Origin: a virus
Lineage: Duplodnaviria > Caudoviricetes
Length of the DNA stretch: 29,435 bases
Strand: one strand, 5' to 3'
Virus record (IMG/VR): IMGVR_UViG_3300023314_000007
Span: 1-29,435 of that record
The notes under the pieces were generated by a model. The model was not told where the DNA came from. It ran no database searches and was given only the letters and a program-made list of their open reading frames with translations. Of the stretch, positions 8,307 through 16,614 are shown piece after piece; position 1 is the first letter of the stretch; each line of letters opens with the position of its first letter. Both the position numbers and the translations under genes were made by a program.

Positions 8307-8335
8307 AATGTAGCATACTCAGGATCAAAAGTCAA
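8307..8335 (-). promoter_or_regulatory. Repeated leftward phage promoter, copy 1
   Basis: TTGACT-17 bp-TACATT with TGC extended -10. Confidence 0.7.
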
Positions 8336-8338
8336 TAC

Positions 8339-8680
8339 TTATTTGAGTTTTGATGTTGCGGCTTTGACACCAAGCATCTGAGCGAGAAGGATGTGATCTA
8401 CTGCGACACTATTCCAGTGTTCGCGGATACCACCATTAGCATATTCACCATCGTCTTCTACTTCAGCGAGTGTATCGATAAATGCAGCAGCTGCTCGTTT
8501 AATTCGATCTACTTTAGGATTATCACTAGGATTGAAATCGATAGTCACAATTTTCATTCCGATTGACAATTCCTCTTCTTTTTTCTTATCCTCTGCAGCA
8601 GCTGTTGCTGTTTTAGTTTGAGGCAATTTATTTGATTCTATACACATATCCCTTTTCTCTCTTTCTATTGAAAATTTCAA
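8339..8680 (-). CDS. Acb2/Tad1-like helical-hairpin protein (candidate nucleotide-signal sponge); true start probably further downstream
   Basis: G..V..DFNPS....VDRIKRAAAAFID...AQMLGVKAAT pattern. Confidence 0.55.
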   Translation of the reverse strand: MKFSIEREKRDMCIESNKLPQTKTATAAAEDKKKEEELSIGMKIVTIDFNPSDNPKVDRIKRAAAAFIDTLAEVEDDGEYANGGIREHWNSVAVDHILLAQMLGVKAATSKLK

Positions 8681-8709
8681 TTCTGTAAGGTGTAAGTATT
8701 TGGCAGAAT

Positions 8710-9117
8710 CTATTTATCTGCCATTACATTCGTTGGAAGATCATATCCACCAATAATAGCAGCTTGCTCTTCTGGTGTTAGGTTCTTGGCCAACATCTCA
8801 AAGCTTGCCTGAGCCTTCATGTAATTCTGTTGAGCTTGCAATAGTTTGTCGTACAATGCGATGTACTTAGGCTTGCGAGGCTGTCCAGTTTTAGAAGCAA
8901 TCCAGTCTGCTCGTAGGTGAGACTTACGCGTGTGGTATAGCTTCTGAGGTAATGGAGCTGACACTACGTCACTCATTGCCTTCATTTGTCGTCTAGCAAT
9001 AATCATTGCCATGTATGCGACCTTGACAAGATCGATGTTGGTGTATTGGTAGCCTTCTGCTTCCATCTTCTCAACTTCTTCTATCAGATCGACTTGTTCC
9101 ATTTCTGCATCGTTCAT
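8710..9117 (-). CDS. Hypothetical helical protein
   Basis: 135 aa, GGAG RBS, coupled to the upstream gene. Confidence 0.7.
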   Translation of the reverse strand: MNDAEMEQVDLIEEVEKMEAEGYQYTNIDLVKVAYMAMIIARRQMKAMSDVVSAPLPQKLYHTRKSHLRADWIASKTGQPRKPKYIALYDKLLQAQQNYMKAQASFEMLAKNLTPEEQAAIIGGYDLPTNVMADK

Positions 9118-9323
9118 TAGATAACTCCGTATCCGTCTAGTGTGTCGTTAATCATTCTCACGATCATTTCGCGATCAGAGACTTCACTCAACATCTTTGC
9201 TTTGTAATTCTGCAGGTCCTGGGGCTGCATCCCCTCCAGTACTTCCATTATCGATATCAGTTCCGGTTGAGTCACTGCTATCTCGAACCTCTCCGGGTTC
9301 GTCCTTTGTTGTTCCATCGTCAT
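9117..9323 (-). CDS. Hypothetical protein
   Basis: 68 aa, AGAGGA upstream, TAATG coupling. Confidence 0.6.
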   Translation of the reverse strand: MTMEQQRTNPERFEIAVTQPELISIMEVLEGMQPQDLQNYKAKMLSEVSDREMIVRMINDTLDGYGVI

Positions 9324-9414
9324 CTTCTTGGTCCTCTTTTAGTTTTTCTAGTTCGTGAAGATAATACACTGGAACACAAATCGTTTCTACTGCGGTCTCT
9401 TCTCTAGTAGCCAT
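9184..9414 (-). CDS. Hypothetical acidic protein overlapping the next gene
   Basis: ATG 1 nt after the upstream stop; 140-nt overlap with 9117-9323. Confidence 0.45.
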   Translation of the reverse strand: MATREETAVETICVPVYYLHELEKLKEDQEDDDGTTKDEPGEVRDSSDSTGTDIDNGSTGGDAAPGPAELQSKDVE

Positions 9415-9415
9415 A

Positions 9416-9613
9416 CTAAGCGTATTTGTCGATTAAGACAAGTATCCCACCAATAATTAAGAAGACTACGATCAACCAAGCTAACCACAAGCCAGCTACA
9501 GCGAGGACCGGGAGGAATACTAACCACCATGACCATGCGATAACTGCAGTAAGCTTAAGAATAATAAATACTATTGTAGTGATAACACTAACTGCTCCTA
9601 AAAATCTAAACAT
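9416..9613 (-). CDS. Small membrane protein (transmembrane Fragile-X-F-like motif)
   Basis: FIILKLTAVIAWSWWLVFLP. Confidence 0.7.
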   Translation of the reverse strand: MFRFLGAVSVITTIVFIILKLTAVIAWSWWLVFLPVLAVAGLWLAWLIVVFLIIGGILVLIDKYA

Positions 9614-9875
9614 TTTTCTTTAACCATTCTGAGTAGATATTGTCTAACTCGCTAATTTTATCAACACCGAGAAAATCATCATCATCCAAGATCATTAACC
9701 TTGACGCTGGCCAGCTAATAATTCCTGGCCTAGATTCTGACTGTACTCTGACTTGATTGTCTGATATAACCTCCAGGACAACGGCTACCTTAAGATACTT
9801 ATGGTGTCCGGATGCAGCTGCTTGTACAACTGTTTGTCCTGAAATAAGCTCGCGTCCAGTAAAGTCTTTTGCCAT
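9606..9875 (-). CDS. Hypothetical SH3-like beta-barrel protein
   Basis: MAKDFTGRELISGQTVV...; ATG 9875 directly follows the upstream stop. Confidence 0.6.
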   Translation of the reverse strand: MAKDFTGRELISGQTVVQAAASGHHKYLKVAVVLEVISDNQVRVQSESRPGIISWPASRLMILDDDDFLGVDKISELDNIYSEWLKKNV

Positions 9876-9876
9876 A

Positions 9877-10212
9877 TTAGAATCGCTTAACTTTCCATGA
9901 GTAGTTAGCTGGTTCTGTTTCTGATGTACCATCTAGATATGCCTGGGATTCAACAACCTCAGCAATTCGTTCAATCTGTTCCAGTTGGCTATTGTTGCCA
10001 CCTACGATAATATTCCTATTAGATCGTAGTGCTTTAATAATGATACTATCGCGGATAGATAAGATTAACTTATCAGGTACGCTGTGGCTTCCGAGAAGAT
10101 CACGGATACCATCAGTATCTACATAAAGATCTTTACGTTTAGCTCGCCATGCTTCTGCCTCGTCCCATGCTTTAAAGCTATCACCGAGGTCTAATACAGT
10201 TACCCTAGGCAT
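9877..10212 (-). CDS. Degenerate polynucleotide-kinase (AAA_33)-like domain lacking the P-loop
   Basis: VDTDGIRDLLG...IIKALRSNRNIIVGGNN resembles the PNK kinase domain, but there is no GxxGxGKS. Confidence 0.45.
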   Translation of the reverse strand: MPRVTVLDLGDSFKAWDEAEAWRAKRKDLYVDTDGIRDLLGSHSVPDKLILSIRDSIIIKALRSNRNIIVGGNNSQLEQIERIAEVVESQAYLDGTSETEPANYSWKVKRF

Positions 10213-10397
10213 TATACTATATACGCAATCCACAACGCGACTAAAATGAGTACGTTGAAAATTAAGTTTGCTACATATTCACCGGCGGTATGACGCACAT
10301 TAGTCTTGTACTTACCGATAATGAATGGTCCACCGATTGTAGTAATCAATACTATAACAGTGAGAATGATTGTGACTATGAGTCCAAATACTTCCAT
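10212..10397 (-). CDS. Small two-TM membrane protein
   Basis: 61 aa, two hydrophobic segments. Confidence 0.65.
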   Translation of the reverse strand: MEVFGLIVTIILTVIVLITTIGGPFIIGKYKTNVRHTAGEYVANLIFNVLILVALWIAYIV

Positions 10398-10409
10398 ACT
10401 AATCCGTTC

Positions 10410-10772
10410 TTATAAAATTATTTCTACACCAACTTTGCCATCAATGACAAATTCAAATTCTATTTTATTGATGTACTTTTGTGAATCGTCCGGGAGGACA
10501 CCAGCTTTCACTAGTCCATCCTGACAAAACTTCGCTACCATACTTGATACATTATCTATATCTCGTCTAGTATTCTGTTCGTGCACAATGAACTTTATTC
10601 CCAGCGGAAACACCGCGGTATAAGGAAGCATTGATCCCCGAGCTTCTATAACGGTATTCGTTACGAGTTCGGTCCATTCTTTTTTCATCTTAGCTCCGAG
10701 GAATCTATTACGTCTTTCGGCGTTAATGTATTCGTTGAGGCTAGGGAATTTAGCTGGTATCCAGATATTCAT
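10410..10772 (-). CDS. rusA: RusA-like Holliday junction resolvase
   Basis: PSLNEY, RRDIDN, KFCQDGLVKAGVLPDDS. Confidence 0.85.
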   Translation of the reverse strand: MNIWIPAKFPSLNEYINAERRNRFLGAKMKKEWTELVTNTVIEARGSMLPYTAVFPLGIKFIVHEQNTRRDIDNVSSMVAKFCQDGLVKAGVLPDDSQKYINKIEFEFVIDGKVGVEIIL

Positions 10773-10930
10773 TATATGAAAATTATCAATCCTATTATGA
10801 ATAATATTACAATGAAACCGAGTATGTATGGCCAGAGAACGAACTCCGGCACACCATAGTAAGTTTTCAAGGGCGTTTCGATATATTTAACTATATCTAA
10901 ACTGGGAGGCTCCGATGGCTGATTTGCCAT
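10772..10930 (-). CDS. 52-aa membrane protein (not in the ORF track)
   Basis: AAGGA RBS; MANQPSEPP...WPYILGFIVILFIIGLIIFI*; TAATG coupling to rusA. Confidence 0.6.
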   Translation of the reverse strand: MANQPSEPPSLDIVKYIETPLKTYYGVPEFVLWPYILGFIVILFIIGLIIFI

Positions 10931-10944
10931 AAATTATTGTCCTT

Positions 10945-11418
10945 TTAATGCTTATCACTTTTAAGAAGTGAAACTCTTGTCTGGCCCATCTTTAAATAAG
11001 TATCAGTCCTGAAGGTCAGATCATCTGCCTGATCGGCAATGAGTTGTACTTCATTATATATCTTAAAGGCATCATCGATCAAGGGTTTGAACTCTTTTGC
11101 AGCGTCTACCTTTGCTCGATGCTCCGCTTTTCCGACTGGCCCATCTTGTGAATACTCAAGAGTAAGTTCTGATCTACGGGTATCTCTATCCTCTTTCAGT
11201 CCTTCAAACACTCTCTTCATATCACGGGCAATAGCTTTAGCTGTAGCAGCGTTCTGGCCGAGACCTGAGTTTTGCCTTGCTAATGTTAGAAGGTTAATAC
11301 TCAAGGTCTCGTCATTAGAATCATCAGATGCCTTGGTAGCCTCAGCTTGTTTAGCTTGTATCCGAGAACGTAGAAGTTCTATATTCTCTTGTACTCTATT
11401 TAAGTCTAATTCTGGCAT
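10945..11418 (-). CDS. Coiled-coil protein, possibly UvsY-like recombination mediator
   Basis: All-helical 157 aa between ssb and rusA; GGAG RBS. Confidence 0.5.
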   Translation of the reverse strand: MPELDLNRVQENIELLRSRIQAKQAEATKASDDSNDETLSINLLTLARQNSGLGQNAATAKAIARDMKRVFEGLKEDRDTRRSELTLEYSQDGPVGKAEHRAKVDAAKEFKPLIDDAFKIYNEVQLIADQADDLTFRTDTYLKMGQTRVSLLKSDKH

Positions 11419-11427
11419 CTTATTCTC

Positions 11428-11961
11428 CTAGTTAAATGGAATTTCTGAGAGATCGATTGGCTTGTCTTCGATGTCTTCTAACACAATATCGGTAATGGGT
11501 TCATCCGCTGAAGCTTCCTCACCGAGTCGATGAACATTAGTCGCGTATTGAGAGCTACTCTTTACCTTCAAAACGTCGATTGGATCAGCGTCTTTAGGCA
11601 CTTCTTTGTTCTCTCGTGTAGGAGTAACTGTATAACGAGTATCAGTTGCACTCTTACCGGTGCGAGCAATCTTCACATCGTATCCAGCAGGATCACCGTA
11701 CTCTTCGTCTTGGATAAGATCGTTAAGAGCGTTGTAGATCATCTTACCAGCTTCAAAGATTTGCATCTTCTCAGAATCGAAGTTGTAGATAGGCCATGCC
11801 CATCGTACTGCTGTTTTACCATCCTGGAACTCAGTAGTAAATTCTACCGGAAGGTCCAAGAAACGAACACGGACACTATCGCCATCGTCTAGCTTGAGGA
11901 AGTCTTCGCTTCCGGCTGACGCTGGTTTGTTTTGCGCGTATAGATTTCGTACATCTACCAT
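11428..11961 (-). CDS. ssb: Phage single-stranded DNA-binding protein (gp32-like)
   Basis: FLKLDDGDSVRVRFL, YDVKIARTG..TDTRYTVTP, acidic tail ending IDLSEIPFN; AAGGAG RBS before ATG 11961. Confidence 0.8.
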   Translation of the reverse strand: MVDVRNLYAQNKPASAGSEDFLKLDDGDSVRVRFLDLPVEFTTEFQDGKTAVRWAWPIYNFDSEKMQIFEAGKMIYNALNDLIQDEEYGDPAGYDVKIARTGKSATDTRYTVTPTRENKEVPKDADPIDVLKVKSSSQYATNVHRLGEEASADEPITDIVLEDIEDKPIDLSEIPFN

Positions 11962-12052
11962 TTTATTTCTCCTTGTCTGGCGACACAAATGCCGCTAATT
12001 TAAATAACTTGTTTCCTAAATATTTGCGAATGTTTCGTAGCATAGCTACTCC

Positions 12053-12289
12053 TTACTTATCTTTATTCTTTTGGCCTTGGTAAACGATAAGTCCCAAAGC
12101 AGCCAACCCGTATGCACCCTGGAAGGTCCCTAACAGTCCATCAGCCCACGGTTGCAAGTCAATGTCGCCGCGAAGTGTTAGTGCTGTAAAGAAAGATACT
12201 ACAATGAAACCAGACCATAATGCGGTGGTGATAAGAGCCTTGATCGTAGACCAAAGATTCTTCGTATCGATGTTAAATAGCTTCTTCAT
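12053..12289 (-). CDS. Two-TM membrane protein
   Basis: 78 aa, AAAGGAG RBS. Confidence 0.7.
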   Translation of the reverse strand: MKKLFNIDTKNLWSTIKALITTALWSGFIVVSFFTALTLRGDIDLQPWADGLLGTFQGAYGLAALGLIVYQGQKNKDK

Positions 12290-12308
12290 ATTTCTCCTTT
12301 CTAACCCG

Positions 12309-12758
12309 TTAGTCCTTAACCCGGATTAGGTTTACATCAACGCCCTTAAGTTTGGCGATTTCTGCTAATGTGATTTCTACAAGAGGCGTATTGGCTGACC
12401 AGTCTTCTGAGAACCCACCATCGTCATTGATTTCGTAAGCGTTCAATGATCCATCATCACTATCTTTAGTAATAACATATGTAGGCGTAACTTCAACTAC
12501 AGTCTTATGGTAGTCTACACTATCATCGCTGTAAAGCTCTTGGCCGACCTTGTATATTGATTCTTCAAACATTTCATCAGTCCAGTTCCAAGTGTTACCT
12601 TCAATTTTGTATGACCCTGCGCTAGTGACAGTCCGGATAGTGACTTCCTTACCAGCAAATGAAATCATGTCGCCAGTAGTAATATCGCGTCCGTACTGAG
12701 TCTCATTCTTAAGATCAGACTTGACTCGTACTCTATCTCCGACCTTATACTTAGCCAT
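12309..12758 (-). CDS. Tandem SH3/KOW-like protein with conserved C-terminal tag (paralog 3)
   Basis: YKVGDRVRVK, YKVGQEL, VEITLAEIAKLKGVDVNLIRVKD. Confidence 0.75.
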   Translation of the reverse strand: MAKYKVGDRVRVKSDLKNETQYGRDITTGDMISFAGKEVTIRTVTSAGSYKIEGNTWNWTDEMFEESIYKVGQELYSDDSVDYHKTVVEVTPTYVITKDSDDGSLNAYEINDDGGFSEDWSANTPLVEITLAEIAKLKGVDVNLIRVKD

Positions 12759-13216
12759 TATTCTTTAATCCTCAACTTAGAGACATCAACTCCGGCAAGT
12801 TTAGCAACTTCATCGAGTGTGAGTTCTGTTACTTCTGCTTCTGCAGCACCCTTAACGGTCCATTTACCTTCTGATTCAAGTTCTTGAACTGTATAAGTTT
12901 CAACACTTTCGTGAGAATCATCTTCAGTAACGAACACTACGTTTCCTGCAACACCTTCTACAGAGTATTCAGTATCACCGCCGTAGGTTGATGAATAAAC
13001 AAGAACATCGCCAACTTCAAGAGTGCCTAATGTCTTAACTGCAACAGTAAGATCAGAGGCTTTGTACCAGTCCTCATCACCGTCTTCAGTTTCAACATAG
13101 TACTCGTAATCACTACCAAGATCAGTATCTGTGATAGTTCCGATCTTACCTTTTGCGCCATTCTCGTCAGAGAGAATTCTTACTTTTTGGTCTTCTTCAA
13201 ATTTAGCTTTTGCCAT
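12758..13216 (-). CDS. Tandem SH3/KOW-like protein with conserved C-terminal tag (paralog 2)
   Basis: FEEDQKVRIL, LEVGDVLV, TELTLDEVAKLAGVDVSKLRIKE. Confidence 0.75.
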   Translation of the reverse strand: MAKAKFEEDQKVRILSDENGAKGKIGTITDTDLGSDYEYYVETEDGDEDWYKASDLTVAVKTLGTLEVGDVLVYSSTYGGDTEYSVEGVAGNVVFVTEDDSHESVETYTVQELESEGKWTVKGAAEAEVTELTLDEVAKLAGVDVSKLRIKE

Positions 13217-13220
13217 TGTA

Positions 13221-13664
13221 TTATTCCTTTATTCTTAGGTTACTTACGTTAATTCCCATTTTCTCTGCGATCTCTTCTAATGTGACTTCAACTACATCAC
13301 CTTTAAAGGTCCAGCCTTCGTAACTATCGATATCTTCTGTGTTAAAAGAATCATCGTCTGTGTCAGCTGTCACTAAGTAGTGTTCACCTTTGTGTTCAAA
13401 TGATGCTAACACTTTACGATCAAAGCTATAGTCCTTTTTAGTCAATATATCACCAGCTACTGCGTCTTTTAATGTTTTACTCACAAGCTCAAAATCTCCG
13501 TTCTTCCAATTAGTTTCTTTACCGTCTACTTCAACCACCGGGCCTGACCATCCTGAGCCTTCGCGTACAATAATTCCTACGCTCTCACCAACTTTACTAA
13601 TGTTATAGTAATCAGAGCTACCTCTTACAAGCTTAACTCTATCACCAACTTTAAAATCTGTCAC
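13221..13664 (-). CDS. Tandem SH3/KOW-like protein with conserved C-terminal tag (paralog 1)
   Basis: FKVGDRVKLV, AVAGDILT, VEVTLEEIAEKMGINVSNLRIKE. Confidence 0.75.
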   Translation of the reverse strand: MTDFKVGDRVKLVRGSSDYYNISKVGESVGIIVREGSGWSGPVVEVDGKETNWKNGDFELVSKTLKDAVAGDILTKKDYSFDRKVLASFEHKGEHYLVTADTDDDSFNTEDIDSYEGWTFKGDVVEVTLEEIAEKMGINVSNLRIKE

Positions 13665-14602
13665 TACAACGCTTCCTTTAGGTCAATGACCTCATTACTA
13701 TATGTAACCCAGCCTTTGTCTGTAAGGTGGAAGATATCCATCCCTTCTACAGTGTACCCGGCTTCCTTCAAAATTTCTGCTTCAAAACTGAGCTGCAACC
13801 AATATTTAGATAACTGTGTTTTCGGTAATGCTAGGAACGGTGCGAGCAACTCTTCTTTAGCTAATACATCAAAGTTCGTCTTATAGTCTTGTACGCGGAC
13901 AATCTTCTTCTTACGATCGATCCACTTAACGCGGTCAATCTCTGCAAGGCGTAAGTTCTTTTCGTCAAGTACTTGTACTTCGTAATCAGCATCTTCTTCA
14001 ATACGAGTCTTACCTTTTTCGTCAGATCCTGCGAAGAAATCTTCGACAATCTTTTTAACGTGTGGCTGATCGGTCAATGCTTTATTAGTACCCTGAGCCT
14101 CACCGGTCTTAGCACCCATAAGGTGATGTCGGCCATAAAGTTCGATACCAGCGTGAATCGCTTTACCGAACAATGTCGATACGTCACCCTTGAGTGACCA
14201 GATAGCCTCGTGTTCTTCAACAGTCCCACCGTATGCTCCAACCATTTTAGGAAGGATAAAGTCTTTAGGGAAAGGTTTAACGAACTTTGATGCGAATCGA
14301 GATGCGCTTAGGTATCGCTCACCCTTCTCGGTCCAGAAGTGGTGTTGAGAGTCGCGGTATGCAGTACCCTCGGTCATAGGACTTACTACTTTAGTAAGCT
14401 CAACTGGCATTAATGACTTGGCTTCTAAAGCACGACCATCTTCTGCATATGATTGACTAATGCCAACAATGTGTTCAAGTGCTAATTTCTTTGCACCTTC
14501 AAGATCATCATCGATCTCAACTGTAATTGAAGGTTGAAGGTTTCCATACTGAGTAGTAGGGATAACGGCACCGATTGTAATTTCTTTTACTTTGTTAGCC
14601 AT
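13664..14602 (-). CDS. PD-(D/E)xK exonuclease (RecB/Cas4-like superfamily) with extra N-terminal domain
   Basis: YLSAS, GKAIH, EIDRV, QDYKT, YWLQLSFE. Confidence 0.8.
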   Translation of the reverse strand: MANKVKEITIGAVIPTTQYGNLQPSITVEIDDDLEGAKKLALEHIVGISQSYAEDGRALEAKSLMPVELTKVVSPMTEGTAYRDSQHHFWTEKGERYLSASRFASKFVKPFPKDFILPKMVGAYGGTVEEHEAIWSLKGDVSTLFGKAIHAGIELYGRHHLMGAKTGEAQGTNKALTDQPHVKKIVEDFFAGSDEKGKTRIEEDADYEVQVLDEKNLRLAEIDRVKWIDRKKKIVRVQDYKTNFDVLAKEELLAPFLALPKTQLSKYWLQLSFEAEILKEAGYTVEGMDIFHLTDKGWVTYSNEVIDLKEAL

Positions 14603-14862
14603 TATGCGAACCTTTCCTTAGCTTCTTCAATATCTGTGTACGCTTGTTTCGGATCAAATGCTCCGGCCTTGATGTCCATAATATCAAGTAGATCACCGTC
14701 CTTTGAAAGATAGATCACAATACGATCTGCAGTACCAGATTCTAACACTGGGACTGACTTATACAATACACTTGTCAGTTCACGATCACCTGGATCGTCA
14801 AAGATTTCATCGAATCCTACTGAGTCTTCACCGTTGAATAATTCTACTTGTATATCAAACAT
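14602..14862 (-). CDS. Hypothetical acidic protein
   Basis: 86 aa, coupled to the nuclease gene. Confidence 0.65.
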   Translation of the reverse strand: MFDIQVELFNGEDSVGFDEIFDDPGDRELTSVLYKSVPVLESGTADRIVIYLSKDGDLLDIMDIKAGAFDPKQAYTDIEEAKERFA

Positions 14863-14871
14863 ATGGTCCCC

Positions 14872-15201
14872 TTATTTTACCGCGATACGAACGCTAGACT
14901 TAACTGGTGTTGTACGCTTGAACTTTTGCGCGAGTTCTGGTTCCGCAGCTTCAAATGCTTTCACATCGATAGTTGTACGGCTAGACTCTGCGACAAATGT
15001 GAGCTTGACAAAATCGTTCTCGAAACTCTTAACACCACTCTCTTGCATAGCAAGGGCGATAGCATCACGAATCTCACGATCCTTCTCCTGGTAAGACTTA
15101 AGTTCATTCTGGAAAGATACTGTAGCTGCAGCAATTTGTTCTTGTGTAGCAAGAATCTTATCATTATTGATCTTAAGTTGTTTTGTCAGTTCTTCGTTCA
15201 T
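14872..15201 (-). CDS. Coiled-coil protein (Gp157/Gam-like architecture) in the recombination module
   Basis: N-terminal coiled coil, then GVKSFEND..KLTFV...IDVKAF; first gene after promoter copy 2. Confidence 0.55.
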   Translation of the reverse strand: MNEELTKQLKINNDKILATQEQIAAATVSFQNELKSYQEKDREIRDAIALAMQESGVKSFENDFVKLTFVAESSRTTIDVKAFEAAEPELAQKFKRTTPVKSSVRIAVK

Positions 15202-15227
15202 TTATACCCTTTCTTATTTACCTTCTC

Positions 15228-15256
15228 AATATAGCACACTTGCCATAAAAAGTCAA
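15228..15256 (-). promoter_or_regulatory. Repeated leftward phage promoter, copy 2
   Basis: TTGACT-17 bp-TATATT, AAGTGTGC before -10. Confidence 0.8.
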
Positions 15257-15264
15257 TAGGTTTT

Positions 15265-15504
15265 TTACTGATTAGTTTGTACTTCTCTGTTATCCACAAT
15301 CGGTACTCCGAGTTCCATGCCGGTCTGCTGCGGTAACTTCGCGCGTCTGTATGCATCGTAATCCAGATCCGCAAAGGTGAATACTTCGTCTGCTAACTTG
15401 ATAGACTTATGATCCGGGATGAAAAAGAATAACTTGGCAAGATAGATAGATTGCTCTTCCGTGATGTCAAGTATTCTTCCGTCTTTTAAATAGACCCGAC
15501 CCAT
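15265..15504 (-). CDS. Hypothetical protein
   Basis: MGRVYLKDGRILDITEEQSIYL; resembles the N-terminus of 17552-18040. Confidence 0.6.
   Translation of the reverse strand: MGRVYLKDGRILDITEEQSIYLAKLFFFIPDHKSIKLADEVFTFADLDYDAYRRAKLPQQTGMELGVPIVDNREVQTNQ
15290..15298 (+). promoter_or_regulatory. Consensus DnaA box
   Basis: TTATCCACA, ~35 bp upstream of promoter copy 2, inside a CDS. Confidence 0.4.
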
Positions 15505-15842
15505 GCGATTTGGTGACTCAACACCCATCCAGTTTTATCTAGTCCGGGATATTGTACCTTGTGCCATACCCAGAAGTTCTCTAGGAGAGTTCCGGTAATG
15601 AGTACGCCTTTAGGGCCATACCATGATACGATCGATCCGGGCTGGTATTTTGTAGTTTTCTTAATGTATACGCTATATTCTGATACAAGCACAATACCAA
15701 TAGTACCAAAGATAAACGATACGCCGAGAGACAGGAAGTTCATACTATCAACGTATGGCCAATAGAATGTCAGGAATCCAGCAGTTGCTAGTAGGATTCC
15801 GATTATATAATACAAGTGAGTTAAGAATTTACTTTTCATCAT
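15486..15842 (-). CDS. Membrane protein with C-terminal SH3-like domain
   Basis: Two TM helices then YQPGSIVSW...GWV. Confidence 0.65.
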   Translation of the reverse strand: MMKSKFLTHLYYIIGILLATAGFLTFYWPYVDSMNFLSLGVSFIFGTIGIVLVSEYSVYIKKTTKYQPGSIVSWYGPKGVLITGTLLENFWVWHKVQYPGLDKTGWVLSHQIAWVGSI

Positions 15843-16038
15843 CCGCCATCTGGGCTAACTCATGTAATGAGATATCGGTCCCTAAAAGTTTATTACGATA
15901 TTCGTTCATCTTCACTAATGCAGTTGCAGTAATTCGGATAACATTATCTGGTAAGTTTATTGGTTGGTGTAGGCGTAAACGCCTATCCATCCAGTGTTCA
16001 GTTACTGCACCTTGTACTTCTTTTAGTTTGTTCGCCAC
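15829..16038 (-). CDS. Hypothetical protein
   Basis: 69 aa, GGAG RBS, coupled. Confidence 0.6.
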   Translation of the reverse strand: MANKLKEVQGAVTEHWMDRRLRLHQPINLPDNVIRITATALVKMNEYRNKLLGTDISLHELAQMADDEK

Positions 16039-16340
16039 TATTTAAACTCCTTAAAATCTGAATGATCTGATAGTTCTAATGAGATAGAAAGGTTCTTTTC
16101 GTCATCGTACTCATAGTATGAAACCCGGAAGCGTCCAGTTGCATGTTGGGCCGAGTGATCTTCGGAATGTTGAGCTGATTTAAGGACACCATCTACAAGA
16201 TCCGTGAGCATAGATACAAGCTCTGAATGAGTAGGTGATCGATCTTTATCGTGATGAGTCCATCCGAATAAAGAGAATACTGGTGTCGCTATTGTCGCGG
16301 CCTTATCTATTGTTTCATAATAATCATCGCTAGTTTTCAT
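16038..16340 (-). CDS. Hypothetical protein
   Basis: 100 aa, AAGGA RBS, overlapping coupling. Confidence 0.7.
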   Translation of the reverse strand: MKTSDDYYETIDKAATIATPVFSLFGWTHHDKDRSPTHSELVSMLTDLVDGVLKSAQHSEDHSAQHATGRFRVSYYEYDDEKNLSISLELSDHSDFKEFK

Positions 16341-16614
16341 CTGTGTCCTTCTTTCTTGCCATAAATTGTATCATTTGTTCTGGGCTTGGCTTCTGTGGTA
16401 TAAGGTTCTGCGCGTGTATGTCGTCATGGACGGCTCTACAGATCAGCACTTTATTTAAAACATGTTCTCTGAATCTTTTTTCTAACCCGTCTCTGTATGC
16501 AGATTTAGGGAAGGCTTCGTGGTGGATATCTTCAAAACATTCATCCTCTTCTCTATACTTACAGGGAGTTTCAGAGTTGCAAGGTATTTCTTCAAAATGT
16601 CGCTTGCTACTCAT
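16330..16614 (-). CDS. HNH-like small nuclease/Zn-binding protein
   Basis: C..C...EDIHH...NKVLICRAVHDDIH. Confidence 0.6.
   Translation of the reverse strand: MSSKRHFEEIPCNSETPCKYREEDECFEDIHHEAFPKSAYRDGLEKRFREHVLNKVLICRAVHDDIHAQNLIPQKPSPEQMIQFMARKKDTDEN

Noticed and set aside
13664-14602. Cas4 / CRISPR association
   Set aside because: No Fe-S cysteines and no repeat-spacer array anywhere in the window; ordinary phage exonuclease
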